The notes: a model not told the origin generated them from the sequence alone. A DNA stretch of 64,000 bases from Lama guanicoe (GCA_013239625.1 MU054323.1:16930029-16994028), one strand, 5' to 3'. Positions 1-13,081 are shown, numbered from the stretch's first letter. Program-made: numbers and translations.

Positions 1-1149
1 GAAGAACCTTCTCCAAGGCCAAGCAGAGAGTAGCTTTGCAAAGAGGTGAATGAGAGCAAATACCCACATGCTCCCCCACCCCTAACCCCCAGGAGCTTTG
101 AAAGGGAGATACTTAAAAGAAATGGCCTTACTGCATAAAAACCAGGAAAGGCTAGAAGGTGATGGAGAAACAGCATGCCACCCGTAATTTCTACTCACAC
201 AAGATGAGCAGGCCAGTGACATAAACGGGAAAGGGACAAGTCTCAAGCTCATGTCTTTATTCTCCATAGACCTTATAACACCAATGAGCTGCTAATGGTA
301 TGTCCTCTGTCAGCAAACAGGACAACCAACAGCTGGCTTCTCTCAGCTGGTTGAGTTTCGGTACCTTGGAGCATGGGCCCCGAGGAGCTGAAAACACCCA
401 CTGTCTCACTGGGGCCTGAGGCTTGGAGCAGTTCTTTCCAGTCAATGTGCTGGAAGGCACAGGTCAGGGAGCCAGCTCTAGGTGCCCTCGGTAAGCACTT
501 GTCAGAGCTCTCCGAACGTGGATTTGAGTCTAGGGGTCAAGTTCAGAGGAAGAGGAGAAAACCAGTGCCAGGAAACAGGCCTCTACATTCTCCAGTTTTA
601 TACTATTTCTGCTCTTCTGGTGGCTCTGAAGTTGGTGTGAGCATTGTGCTGTCCTCTACCTCCCGTCTACTAGAAATTATATGAGACACTTCTGTGGCCT
701 AATCTGTAGCCCCTGGGAGCAGCAAAACCCTCCAAGTGCATGGCACCTTAGATATCGTCCTGCCTGTACACCCCTGGATGTACCAAGGCTTACCTGACCT
801 ACACAGGTTATATTACAGAAACTTCTGGGAAATCTCAAACAGTATTATCATGTTGACCTAGGCGATCTTATAATTGCTATACACATTGCTTTTTGAATGT
901 AGAATATATATTGATTATTTTCACATCCAAAGCTGTGAAAGTTAGTGTTTATTTATTTGCATGCTTTAACTATCCTATATTCTAATTAAGTGGGAATCTG
1001 TCCTGAATCTACCTGATTTCTTTGATATTACCCTAATTAAAGATTATGAAAAATATTCTAGCTCCCATGAATTCACATCTCACAGAGTCATGTCTACTAT
1101 GTACAGGTCAGTAAACATCTCAGGTAATCTACATCCATCATTTCATTTC

Positions 1150-1295
1150 ACCTTTACACCCGCCCTGTGGTATTACTTCCAGTTTACAGATGCCGAATCT
1201 AAAAGGCAGAAGGAGTAAGTCACTTATAAAATCACAGTTGCAAGTGGTAGAACCCAAATGCAAGCTCAGATGTGTCTGATTCTAAATCCAGTGAT
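1150..1295 (-). mobile_element. MIR SINE fragment
   Basis: TTTACAGATGCCGAATCTAAAAGGCAGAAGGAGTAAGTCACTT...TCTGATTCTAAATCCAG resembles the reverse complement of the MIR core. Confidence 0.7.
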
Positions 1296-1429
1296 AGGGC
1301 AATCTGCTTCTCCCGAGTAGGAGCCACCAGGTCATGGAAACTCCTCCTCCCTCACTTTCTCCATGTAAATACTGAAAGGAACTCATGGGGCCTTCTTTTC
1401 GAAAAAGGCTCATGGTGTCCACGAGATGA

Positions 1430-1672
1430 TCCTACCCTCTGCTCCATACTAGTGAGGCCTCATCTGTGGTGCTGGGAACACTTGTAAGAGCCACAGTTTA
1501 ACAGGGATACCGGCGAGGAAAGTTGACAAGTCTAGGTAGGTCTGGAAAATGCAAGGGACTGTTGAAGGGTAATTAGCCTATTAGAAAAAACACAAGCTAT
1601 CCAATCGGAGAGACAGTCTAACAGCTGTATTTTAATACTTGAAAAGCTGTAATTCAAAGAAAGAAATTGATT
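1430..1672 (+). mobile_element. L3/CR1 LINE fragment (3' part of ORF2)
   Basis: CTCTGCTCCATACTAGTGAGGCCTCATCTG and GGAGAGACAGTCTAACAGCTGTATTTTAATACTTGAAAAGCTGT resemble recalled L3/CR1 consensus blocks. Confidence 0.6.
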
Positions 1673-1674
1673 TT

Positions 1675-1870
1675 CTTCATTCTTTCATTTATTCATCCAT
1701 TCATCCAACAAACACTTCTCACACACCAATCATACGCAAGGCACTGAGCTAGGTGCTGGGGAACAGCGAGAAACAGGCCAAATACACCCACAGAGTATAG
1801 TAAGGAAGACAGATCTTAAAGAAATCATTGCAAGTGTAATGATTTGATGGTATAAGAAGGAGATGACAAG
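1675..1870 (-). mobile_element. L2 LINE 3' end
   Basis: (CATT)n-like tail followed by CAACAAACAC...GGCACTGAGCTAGGTGCTGGGGAACA, typical of an antisense L2 3' end. Confidence 0.75.
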
Positions 1871-2021
1871 GAGTCTGGGTCTTAGTCCTGGGTAAGACAG
1901 AAGCAGACTATGAACCAGAAACACGGGCTCTGGCTCCAATCACTTCCTTGACTGATGTACTTGGGCAATTTCATTTAAACTCTGAACCTGTTTTCTCTTC
2001 TGCACAAAGAAGCTTAAATAT

Positions 2022-2178
2022 CCAGAGACTGACAAGACTAGTGAAGTTTTAGCTTTAGGACTTGCCACCTGCACAGGCTATGAGCCTAACTTTGAATTCA
2101 CTCTTGCGTTCTTTTTCTTAAGGAGGGACCCCCAAACTGTAATAAGCTTCAGGACCTACAAAACCTAGATCAGTCTCC
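2022..2178 (-). mobile_element. MER53-like hAT DNA transposon remnant
   Basis: TTCTTTTTCTTAAGGAGGGACCCCCAAACTGTAATAAGCTTCAGGACCTACAAAACCTAGATC matches the reverse complement of the recalled MER53 5' end. Confidence 0.65.
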
Positions 2179-2484
2179 TAATAATGGCTGCTCAGTCTAT
2201 TACCAGGAAGCAAGAATACAGTAAGCATCTCTATGGCTTACTGATCACATTCATCCCTGTGTAGTAGATGGACACTGTCAGTGTCCTCCTGGGTGACTGT
2301 GAAGAGCTCACAGCTTCCCTTTCTCTGAAGAGTTGCCCTTCGCTGCATGGAGCCCCTCGTCCTGGACGTTGCACCACCACCCTCATCCGGAGCAGCTACC
2401 TGACATCTGAGGGGTCCCCCTCCCTGTAACAAAAGGCTGCAGTCCAGTCTCAAGGTAAAATCAGCTCTGTGGTGCAATCTATAC

Positions 2485-2580
2485 TTTTTGTTTTCCTTTT
2501 TTTTTTTTCATTGAGGTATAGTTGACTTACAGTATTATATAAGTTTCAGGTGTACAACATGGTGATTCACAATTTTTAAA
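2485..2580 (-). mobile_element. Short L1 3'-end fragment
   Basis: Poly(T) followed by ATTGAGGTATAGTTGACTTACAGTATTATATAAGTTTCAGGTGTACAACA, an antisense L1 3' terminus. Confidence 0.8.
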
Positions 2581-2766
2581 TCCAGGCTGCTTCTCTGGGA
2601 TCCAACTGAAGTTTGACTCCAGCTCAGACGGCATCTTTGCTTAGCCTCTTCCTCCGTCTCATTCAGCTTCCCTCACTCCCTTTCTCCAAGAGCACTGCCC
2701 AACCAAGACATGAGCACCTGAGTCCCTGCCTGGGGCTTGGCTTCTAGGGTACCTGACCTAAGACAC
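2581..2766 (+). mobile_element. ERVL-type LTR (LTR16-like) 3' portion
   Basis: Ends with GCTTCTAGGGTACCTGACCTAAGACA, the typical LTR16-group terminus. The 5' part probably lies upstream of the L1 fragment. Confidence 0.6.
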
Positions 2767-5379
2767 AGAGTGATAAGAAGAGTGTCATTTATTTCCTATG
2801 TCAAAGCCTGTCTGGTCCACTTTCAAACACAGTCAAAAATGAGCCACAAGACCCACAGCAGCTAGTGTGCTCAGGTGACCGCAGAGATGTGATCCCCTGA
2901 CCAGCATCCGGGTACGAGGCCCACTCTGGATCCTGAGCAAAGTCTGCCGATGAGGAGTTACCCGTACCTCTGGAATCAGGCAGCGGGAGAGTGAGGGTGG
3001 TGATGCTATTTGTCAGGCCCCGCACTGTGACCATCCCACTCATAGTATCTTCTCTAAACCGTATGCTTCAGATGTTAGAAAAGAGACCAAAAGATGAGAA
3101 AAGAATGACTGGTAGTATCATGTCTCTTTTGATCATTTTCTTGACACTTTTTGCTGCAGGAGATTATAACCAGCTCTTTGATCCCAGCTGAATGGAAGAG
3201 GGATCGAGGCTCTCCAATGCTGCCTGTCATTTTAGAGAGAGACAGAGTTTAGGAGCAAAGAGATTTAACGCCTGCTTCTGCCTCACCTCTGACTTGCTTT
3301 GTGACTTGAATGGAATTAATCATCACCTTGGAGCGCCCCCACACGTGGCATGGAGATTTAGCTACACCCCCGCAAAGAGCAAAGACTCTCTGGGAAGGAC
3401 CATCATCACCACCCCCACATGTGTCCCATCTTTCTGACTGTCCTCTGCCATCATTTCTGGCTCCAGTTTCTTCTCTGGCTCCCTGATGGGACCAGAGCCC
3501 TTCCCTGAACTCTTGTCCCATTGGTTGGGGCCCTGTTCATTCTAGGCTCTTCCCCAGGACAAATGGACCCTTGGATAAATATGTGGGATACACACAGAGC
3601 ACCCAAACTCTCCTTAGAAATCCCACCCTGTGCCCTGCCTGCTCAACCTAGATAGAATCCACCCCTAGCCAGCCTGGCCTGGCTCAGACTCAGCTCCCTC
3701 CCCAAGCTCAGTGGTTTGGACCATGGGTTCTGCTCCCGGTGGGGATGGGTCTGCAGCCATCTTCCCCACCCCCAGCTAGCTCCTGTCCACCCCCAACTCA
3801 ACATCAGTTGCAACTCTTTCCCTCTTTCCCCTTTGGGAGCCCACAGTATGGATAATGACAGTTTTTAATACTTTTCTCTAAAAATGTCAGCAAAGACAAG
3901 AAAGGCACAAGATAAAAGGCTCAAAAGAAATATGAAGCATGTGCTTTTAAATTTTTCATCCTTCAAAGGAAGAATCAAAGATAATTAAAATATTAGTGAA
4001 GGGAGCACAGGTAGATAAGGATTATATCTGCATATTCTTTAAATTATAAATTATTGTGTTGCCCCTGGGGAGGTGGGTGCGGAGCTTTCTACTTCAACTT
4101 AGCTGATTGAAATGATAAAGTCTGCAGAACCCTGAAAGCCTGAGAAATAAAGGCACCTCGTATGCACCACACGTCTCACTGATGATTGTATATTGTGTAA
4201 ACTTTGCTGATGTGCTGGATGATCCTCAACTAAGCACAAAGAAGGTATTAGGCTATTAGGCCAAACGGAGTGAGATGGCTCTTGTTAGTCACCTAACAGT
4301 TTGCAAATATGGCATGTGTTGACTGTTTCTCTTCTGGGCCAGGCAGGAATGGACTGGGGGTGGCTGAGCGAGGGTGGAATGTCCCTCCAAGCGCTGTTCT
4401 TGGAGCAGAGGAGAGTAATCCTTCTGGCCTCATCTTGAGACTCCCCTCCCCCACCCCCCATCGCCACTGCCCCGCAGTTGTAAACCAAGTGACAGCTGGT
4501 GATCAGTGGCTCCAGGGGCTTGGATTAGACCCTCAGGAGGCAAACTAGGAAGACAGAGGTAAGAGCAGACACAAGAAACTGTCTACTTGGGAGAGGAGCC
4601 AGAGCACCTTTCAATAAAGCCTCTGTGGCCTCGACATGGCCAAGAAAGGAGTCATTTAGGCATCAAGGGGAGCCTAGATATTCCTCTTCCTCCAGGAGCT
4701 GGTGCGAGAAGGCCGGGTCCAATGGGGACAGGGAAAGAAAGAGGACATTTCTGTTTCTGCTGCTAGTTCACCTGCTGCTCAGCAGCCAGCCAGAAAGCAG
4801 ACAACAACTCCTCCTGGAGTCATAACTTAAATCTACTCATGTCTACAATTCACCATTCTTGCAACACCAAGGATGGACACAACCCAAAACTTAGACTATC
4901 TAAGCATCTGGTGCCAAGATTCACACTTCATTTCGTGGAAAATCTCTACTTCTTTTATCTTGACTAGAAAGTATTGCGGTTGACAATATTTAGGTCAGGT
5001 CTGGTAAGTAAAGCAGGCAAATATGATTTGAGACTTAAAATCGTGCAGTCTCTCTAGTGGGAGCGTGCGGGGCCCCTGACGAGGATGGTTCCCAGGGGCT
5101 TTGCTGGAGGTGGCTGATTATTTACCTGGAGGGCAGAAAGTACATCTCATCGGAGGACAGATAACCAATGAGAGAAGAGGAGGAGGGACGCCCACGAGGG
5201 TCAAAAGCTGAAATTGCCAACCACTGAGCTCACGGTTACTCTCCAACTTAAAATCCTTCTTTGGCTTCTCCTTGTCAAAGGGTCACCTCCAATTATGCTG
5301 CCCGTTAAGGTGATACATGGGACCTAGTTCAGCCCTATCTCTTGTCGGGACCTCCAGACACTCACCTTCAGGTGTCCAG

Positions 5380-5713
5380 ACTGCTAGAGGCTGGAGTGAC
5401 CTGGTGGCCTGACCACCTGTCTGCTTTCCTCACCCAGGAATAGTCCCTGCCCTTCCTATGCCTGGGAATTCCCTCCGCATCCTGAAGAATCAGCTGCTCC
5501 CTCCCCACCAATCTGCCTCCTCCAGCTGACCATGCCCTCCTTGGGCCACTACAGTAGCCTCAGCACCACTGTATTAGACTCACCTATTTTACGAGTTTGT
5601 AAATCCTCTAGGCAGAGAGGACCGTGTCTTAGCCTCCATATTTCAGTGTCTGGCACTGTGCACAGCACCCGATGGGTCCTTAACCAATGTTTGTTGAATC
5701 GAATTGAATTGAA
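5380..5713 (+). mobile_element. L2 LINE 3' end
   Basis: GGCAGAGAGGACCGTGTCTT...CAGTGTCTGGCACTGTG...AATGTTTGTTGAAT(GAATT)n tail. Confidence 0.75.
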
Positions 5714-6019
5714 ATTCGGTGTGACTCTGGAGCAAAAAGACACTTTCTTTTCCTTGTTCAACTCACAAATAATGTGAGAAGGAAAACAAAGTAATAGATA
5801 ATGTATCATCCTGAGACAAATTACTTTAAAGGACAACGTCCACGTGAATTCTGGATATGCAAATTCTGTCACAGCATACATGGAAGTAAAACCAAGTTTG
5901 TCTCTTTAGCTTATAGTCACACTTTAGAGCCAGGATAACATTCAGTTGACTTTATCATTCGTAGTTGTTAGAGAAGTGGGTGTTTCGGGTTAACCAAATA
6001 AAGAACAACCATAAAAGGA

Positions 6020-6130
6020 AACAGGAGACCTGGGTCTGGGGTCCTCACTTTTTCACTGATTGCCTCCTGTGGGATTTGGGCAAGTCACTTCATCTCAATT
6101 CCTTCCACTTCAGAATGTGGATGATAAAGT
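6020..6130 (+). mobile_element. MIR fragment
   Basis: GGAGACCTGGGT...TGTGGGATTTGGGCAAGTCACTTCATCTC, MIR core. Confidence 0.65.
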
Positions 6131-7364
6131 ATTCTTGTTTAAAATATTAAATAAATTTGGAAATCGATCTGCCAGTGTAAGGTACTGTTAGGCATACGCT
6201 GACCGATTTCCCAAGAGTGAAACTCTAATATATTTAACACCAAAATATATGAAGCAAGAATTGCATCTCTCTGTGATGATTCAGAATGTCTTTCAGCAAG
6301 TGCTTCAGGCTCATTACAGACATTCTTTAGCATTATACCATAAATCTGTGAAGATACCAGTTAATAAAAAGTTCCATTTGATGGAATGGTACTAAGCCAA
6401 CTTCTGAATAATACTGTATTGTCTTCAAATGGACACACTGTGAATGATCTAATGAGGTTATCACCAAAACAGTGTTAAAGTTTCATAAGTTAAATGCAGA
6501 CTCAGAGCTGGAAACGTTTGTTCCAGCTCTGTCAGCTTAATCACTACTTACTGGTCCCTAGTGGGTTCAAAGGGATGGTGCTAGGCATTACGATGTGTGG
6601 TCAGTGATTCACAAACAGATCCTTGTTTTCAGGCAGGGAAACCAAATATTTGGGCAACAAGCCTTGTAAGACTCTAGGTTACAGGGAGGTTAAGGAAGCC
6701 TTGGTGATTAGTCTCATCCAAAGAGAATTTTAAAGGTTTTCATCGACTGCGAGTCTGAAAATTCTTATTTACCACAGTGACACAGAAACTGCATTCTAGG
6801 GAAAACATCTGTCTTCCTTCAGACTTTCTGGAAACCATATACTGTGGTGGATATTACTGCATGAAGAAGTGGTCTGGGCTGAAGAAAAGCTGTCCACCGA
6901 GGCTGTAAATTGAGTCGCATCTAAATTCATCTACCACTAGGAGATTCCATTTTGTAATTTTGCCTTGGGACCAGAAACAAAAGGTGGAAGCCTGTTCCTG
7001 TTAGTGCAAGGACTGTGCACTGAAGTCTCTAGGGGGAGAAAACCTGGTGTGGTAGAGAGGACAGAAGAATTGCCTCAACGAGTAAATACTAAATGTCAAG
7101 CCAGGAAAGGACTGGGAAGAAAATCGAGAAATAAAAATCATTCTGGAGGGGGAAGGAGAATCTACTGGAGGGACTTTGGGAGTGAAGATGACTCCTATGC
7201 AAAGTTGAGAGACGCTTTGTAAAAAATGACATGAAAACAAAAAAGCATTATTAGTGACCGAGGAGGGAATTAACAAGTGTGAGAGAGAAGCAGCCTGTAA
7301 GAACAGCCTCAGTGAGAGAGCGAGCACCTTTGCACAAGTTCTAAAATGGTACATTCCAAGCTAG

Positions 7365-7525
7365 GACCTGGCTTCTCAAGTGAGGTGCATGGGGCTGCAG
7401 TCTCGCCCTCACCTGGAGTGTGTTAGGGCACGCAGACTCTCAGGCCCCACCCCAGACGCACGGAATCAGAATCTGCAGATTGACAGGATCCCCAGAGAAC
7501 TGGGTGCACAGAAAATTGAGCCCTA
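7365..7525. mobile_element. MER5A-type hAT-Charlie DNA transposon remnant
   Basis: TTCTCAAGTG...TCACCTGGAG...CTCAGGCCCCACCCCAGAC...GAATCAGAATCTGCA. Confidence 0.75.
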
Positions 7526-8259
7526 GTGTTTTTTTACAGCCTTGCAACCCGTCTCCTTCTTTTCTCCAGTCTTCTTTTTCTTCTTCTTCCCTTCGCCTTT
7601 CATCGTCCTCTTCCTCAAATTCCAAAAACAAGTTATGTGTGAACAGCAATATCTACTTGTCTCTACTTGGTCCTAATTCAAATATGCAAATACATCTCTA
7701 CTTGGTCCTCATTCAAACACAAACCAGCCTCCATACATAAACATGTGAACAAAACAGTTATATTGGGCCCCAAGAGAAACAGCAGGCAAGAGCCCTCCCC
7801 CACAAGATCTATATTTGTGTCATTTATTGAGACGGGGCCTTAAGTGTACACAGTGCTTTGTGGGGGAACATGCCAAGGAAACATTACAATCCCGGCCCTT
7901 TAAAAAATATTTTTCTTCTTCTCTTACAGCCCTAGGGACTAGCAGGGTGGGGATGGAATTGTGAAATCTTCGGACCGAAATATTTGAAATGAATAGAAGG
8001 AAGCCACAGGTATTTGTTAAGGCCTCCAGACCTCTCTAAGAAAACAAGCACAACTTTCCCAAACAAGATGCTTGAGCAGATTTTTTGCTGGATGTGGAAA
8101 CAAGCCCTTGATTGTGAAGGAGGCTCAATCACATACACACACCCCACCCACCGTACACACAAAACACAAGACACAGAAAGGTACTTTAAAAGGCATTTTG
8201 GACAAAGATATCCATTTAGAGAAGACATTTATAAAAGGAAATTTTAAAAGGAAAGATAT

Positions 8260-8540
8260 TTGATGATACACACAAAAAATCAGTTACATAAAATATAGAA
8301 CAACAATATGATAAAGTATTATTTGGCCATTCAGGATTTCAACAACATCTAGTGCAAAACACTAAGTGGCAAAGCAAGATACCACACTTGCCATTCACCA
8401 CCATCCCACTTTTATGTAAATTAAAAAAGGGGAATTAAGTATATCGAAATGTTGACAGTCCCTATCTCTAAAACTGCTATTACAAGTGATTTCAGTGTTC
8501 TTCTTTGTAGTCTTCTGTATTTTCCAGCTAGCATAGAAGT
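8260..8540 (+). mobile_element. Ancient L1M (L1ME/L1MC-like) 3' UTR fragment
   Basis: AAATGTTGACAGT...TATCTCT...GTGATTTC...TCTGTATTTTCC, an old L1 3' end pattern. Confidence 0.5.
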
Positions 8541-8969
8541 ACTGTGTGTATCACACACACAAGTAGTGCATGTACTTTTCCAAATAGTCACATTTGCTTT
8601 AGAAAAAGTTCTTTCCTGACCTCACTGATTCTCCTTTCTCTCTATTGCCTTACCAAAGTCCACTTAATTATTCCTCGCTATTCAGAAAAGATTTGGTTCA
8701 GAAACCTGGTGATTCTCTCCATTTGAAAATCTGTGCCGGCTCTACCACTGAGAGGGTACAGCAGGCTTGGAAGGGGTCAGAATGAGGAAATTTAACACCT
8801 TCCCCAAGCCTCCTATAGCAGCCCTTCAATGTGAGGCTTTCAGACTTCATTTCAGAGGGTTTTGAATTCCCAAACACGCCATCATCAGTTGATATGGAAA
8901 CACATTTTAAAGTCCAAAAACATGGTTTTTGCACTATCCAGAGACTTGACAGTGGAAAGAATTTTAAAG

Positions 8970-9130
8970 TTCACTAATTCTCAATTTTGGTGCACAATGC
9001 AATCACCAGCAGAGCTGGAAAAAAGGACACCAGGGTCCTACCCTCAGAGATGCTGATGTATTGGTCCAGGGTGTGCCCTAGGTATCTGAAGTTTCTTAAA
9101 GCTCCTCAGGTGATTTAATGTGGATCATCA
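8970..9130. mobile_element. MER5B-like DNA transposon remnant
   Basis: TTCTCAATTTTGGTGCACA...AATCACC...CCCTCAGAGATGCTGAT...AAAGCTCCTCAGGTGATT. Confidence 0.7.
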
Positions 9131-9514
9131 TAATCCCTGCCACTTTACTCCAAACTCCACCCAGACCCCACGATGTGAGTTCCCTCTTGTCTAGAGCGGT
9201 GTGTCCGTCATGACCCGGCTCCATCACAGGCATCCAGAGTTTGATCAGGTCTCTGGCTATTGGCACAACAGTTACCTGACCATAATTAACCACAATGGGC
9301 AACCATGTCCTATTACTGTGGAAGAAGTGGAGGACCAACTTTGGTGGACAAGTAGCAGTCCTGACCATATCGGATTATCTCCCTTTCATAGCCAAACAGA
9401 CTCAAGTTAATTTATTTGCCAAGGACCCTAAACTAGTAAGTGTTTACGTCGAGATTCTTACTCCAAAGCCTCAGTCTTTCAACTTTACCATAGAGCAAAG
9501 AATCTAATGCATTA

Positions 9515-9765
9515 AAAATTTTTTTTTCATTTTCAAATGATTTTAGATTTATAGCAAATTTGCAGAGATAGCCCAAAGAGCTCCTGTATGAACTTCACCC
9601 AGCTTCCCCTCGTGTGAGCACCTTACTTAACCAGGGTAATCTGTCAAAACTAGCACATCAACATCGGTATGTTGTTATTAACTAAACTACAGACTTTATT
9701 TGAATTTCACCAGTTTCTCCATTAATCTCCTTTTGTCTGTTCCAGGATCCCATATTGAGCATTAA
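9515..9765 (-). mobile_element. L1MB-type LINE 3' end
   Basis: T-tail then TTTAGATTTATAGCAAATTTGCAGAGATAG...TTCACCCAGCTTCCCC...AACTAAACTACAGACTTTATTTGAATTTCACCAGTTT. Confidence 0.75.
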
Positions 9766-10524
9766 CACATGTAATATAACCACACAGGAACTGTGAAGTG
9801 CACGCAGCCTAGAGCATCCTCCCTTGGCGAGGGATGCCTAGACGTGCATCTTGGAAGAGGTGAGGCCCTGCCTGAGCCTGGAGGGACAGGGAGTTGCTTC
9901 ACGGGGGGAAGGGTCAGGGCACGCACCCCAGTGCTCAGCGATATCCGGTATGTCTTCATGTGTGCTAGCTGCCCAAGGAATTTGCAGTTCACACTGGATG
10001 AAGGGTGTAGAGCTCTAATCAAGGACTCTGGGACTGGAGAGGACTGTGAGGTTGAGCATTTCCAGGCACAGAGAGAGACCTTCCCCAGGCCTGAAGTCGC
10101 ACTCCTTGCGCTGCACACTGAGAATGATGCAAAGCCTCAGGACCCAGGCTTGTTTCTGAAGCTAGTTCTCAAGTCAAAGGTACAAAAGCAACAAATAGTT
10201 AGCCTTGCTGCTTCTGAGGATTCTCAGCTCTTTGCCTCTCCAGGGACCACCTTTGCCCAGAGGTGCCAGGAGGCTAGTGAGGCAGGTGGTAGCACCAAGC
10301 AAGCCTGGAGGGGAAAAAGCTGAACTTCACTCCTGTGTCCTCAGGGCCCTCTTGGCTGGGCCTTCTCCATCTGCCAGGTCACTGGTCTTTGCACAGGACT
10401 CAGTGTCTGAGGCAGGCTGGGTCTGGGGTGTTAGCATTCCAACTGTATTTGACTTGGAATCAATTCTAGATTTAGCTCTTCAGCTAGAATTTTCCCTCTT
10501 CCCCTCCCCTCCCTCTTCTCGCCT

Positions 10525-10664
10525 CAGGGCCAGGTCGAGGGTGAGGCAAGTAAGCGGCCCAGAATACAAAATGGAAGGAGGCCTTTGCACAACCTGGAGT
10601 ACGAGCAGCTCCTTCAACTTTGCACCCTGGGCCCTTTGCTTGCCTCACCCCAGTCCCAGCCCGG
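10525..10664. mobile_element. Palindromic MITE (MER91-like, hAT-Tip100 group)
   Basis: The left arm GGGCCAGGTCGAGGGTGAGGCAAGTAAGCGGCCCAG...GAAGGAGG is complementary to the right arm GCTCCTTCAAC...CTGGGCCCTTTGCTTGCCTCACCCCAGTCCCAGCCC over about 55 nt. Confidence 0.75.
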
Positions 10665-11214
10665 TTAACTCCTTCCCTCTCCACCACTCCACCCCTGAGG
10701 TACCATCACAACAATTTAGCATCTACCAAATAAAAAAGGGGTCAACAAAACCCCCAAATTTCTAACTGCCCCCAAGTTACAACTAATACAGTTTTAAATG
10801 TCCCAACTTCCAGCTTTGGAAAGGACTAAGTAGGAACATGGACATGTCCATGGGGACAGCAAACGGAACCCTGGCCCAGTCACCTGCTGGGGGCCATGGG
10901 GGTGGGGTCCTGGACAAGGCACCCTCTGCCCAGGCTCAGCTACGGGACCTGTTATTGAGGAGTTTGGGGGGCTGAGAAAGAAGAGAGACTCTGGAACCTC
11001 TGAGATCTCGGACTTGGTGGGGAAAGAAGTGGGAGCAGGCAGGTGGCCCAGAGGGAAGTACGTGGCAGAAGAGAGCAGACCTGAACTGACAGCTCTTACT
11101 GCTCTGGCTCCTCCAACACCTGGATGTCCAAGCAGGGCTCATGGCTCAGAATTGCCCTCGAGTGTCTCAGTCCTAATTTTCTCATATGAAAATGAAAGGA
11201 ATTTTAATCACTGA

Positions 11215-11380
11215 ACAGTTCTCAAGCCTGACTACACGCTAGCATCACGAGGGGGCTTTAAACACCGAGGCCTGAGCCCCACCGATGGCAGTGCTGTTTA
11301 ATTAGTCCAGCCCGGCCATCAGCACTTTTTAAAACTCCTCAGCTAGTTCTAACGTGTTGCCACACTTGAGAACCCCCGTG
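11215..11380. mobile_element. MER5-type DNA transposon remnant
   Basis: GTTCTCAAG at the start and CTTGAGAAC at the end (terminal inverted repeats); internal TTTTTAAAACTCCTCAGCTAGTTCTAACGTG. Confidence 0.7.
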
Positions 11381-12205
11381 GGAGATCTAAGCTTCCACCG
11401 CTGACATTCTGTGATCCTAAGAGAAATAACAGATAACTGTGTTTTGACTTGGCTTCTCTGAACAGAATGCAGTTCAAGTGCTCCCACTAAAATGTCCACA
11501 AGTTTGAAAAAGGTTAAAGGTTTTTAATTAAGTCCCTGGTTCACCAGCAGAAGGAAGAGACAGCCATGATGTCAAAGTTAATGAGTAAATTTCCAAATAG
11601 AAAATGCCACGGGGGCTCCCAGCTGCAGTGGCAGCAGAAGCCAAAATTAAGTTGCTTCACATGCTCAGCAGCCAGTGGGCCTGACCTTGGGCCATGGCCG
11701 TGGTGCCCTAATTGTTACACGATTACTCAGCTGCCCCCCAGAGTGGGTGCAAGGCCTTGGGCAATCAGCCTGCAACCTCAGCTCAACCTCATGGGAGGAC
11801 ACTGCTGCCAATTAAACTAGAGGCCACCTGGATCTGACAAGGGTGGCAGCCAGCCTGGGCTTCAGGGGGTGGTAAGGGAACAGTAGGCTCTGCTGTGCAG
11901 TGGCCGTTTGGGCCTCCATGAACTGGTCACATGCTGGAGCGGGGTGACTAAAAGGTCCACAGAAGATTGGGCAACAATTGATTTCAGGACCAAAGTCCAG
12001 GGAAGGGGTCCATCTAATACCTCACAGTACATAGTCCCAGTAGAGCTGCCCAGGATATTACAACTGGGCAGGCTCTTATCCAGATCATGAACCTTTTTTT
12101 CTCATTCCCTTCTTACTTTTTATTACTCTCCTCTGGACTTTCACATGTACTGTGGACGCTGAATCAGTGAACACCAACTGATGCTTTTGAAGAGACTACA
12201 GCCTC

Positions 12206-13081
12206 AAAACATTATCTCACATACATCTCCAAAATGTTCTCCTAGGGCAGTCTACCCAAGCAATAGAAATAAAAGCAAGAATAAACAAATGGGACCTAAT
12301 TAAACATACAAGCTTCTGCACAGCAAAGGAAACCATAAGTAAAACAAAACGACAACCTACAGAATGGGAGAAAATTTTTGCAAATGATGAAACCAACAAA
12401 GGCTTGATCTCCAGAATATATAAGCAGCTCATATGACTGAATAAGAAAAAAACAAACAACTCAATCCAAAAATGGGCAGAAGACCTAAACAAGCAATTCT
12501 CCAAGGAAGAAATACAAATGATCAATAGGCACATGAAAAAATGCTCAGTATCACTAATTATCAGAGAAATGAAAATCAAAATTACAATTAGATATCACCT
12601 CACACCAGTCAGAATGGCCATCATTCAAAAGTCCACAAATAACAAATGCTGGAGAGGCTGTGGAGAAAAGGGAACCCTCCTACACTGCTGGTGGGAATGC
12701 AGTTTGGTGCAGCCACTGTGGAAAACAGTATGGAGATTCCTCAAAAGACTAGTAATAGACTTACCATATGACCCAGAAATCCCACTCCAGGGCATATATC
12801 CAGAAGGAACCCTACTTCAAAAAGACACCTGCATCTCAAGGTTCATAGCAGCACTATTTACAATAGCTAAGACACGGAAACAGCCTAAATGTCTATCAAC
12901 AGATGACTGGATAAAGAAGATGTGGTCTATTTATACAATGGAATACTATTCAGCCATAAAAACTGACAACATAACGCCATTTGCAGCAACATGGATGTTC
13001 CTGGAGAATGTCATTCTAAGTGAAGTAAGCCAGAAAGAGAAAGAAAAATACCATATGAGATCGCTCATATGTGGAATCTAA
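12206..13081 (+). pseudogene. L1 ORF2p C-terminal fragment with the cysteine-rich motif; one in-frame stop
   Basis: The frame reads [17 protein letters not shown]...[11 protein letters not shown]...[18 protein letters not shown]...EYYSAIK...SLICGI*, with a single TGA at 12434-12436. The 12518..13081 ORF is its 3' part. Confidence 0.95.

Noticed and set aside
7440..7649. Acidic, charged ORF (EEEDDERRREEEEKE)
   Set aside because: It is the translation of a CT-rich low-complexity tract plus MER5A sequence.
9793..10765. Two long plus-strand ORFs (176 aa and 186 aa)
   Set aside because: They have non-ATG starts and no recognisable domain, and the second runs through a MITE. Such lengths are expected by chance in moderately GC-rich mammalian DNA.
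12518..13081. 187-aa ORF as a host or domesticated gene
   Set aside because: It is the C-terminal piece of L1 ORF2p in a 5'-truncated insertion that lacks a promoter and the endonuclease and RT domains.
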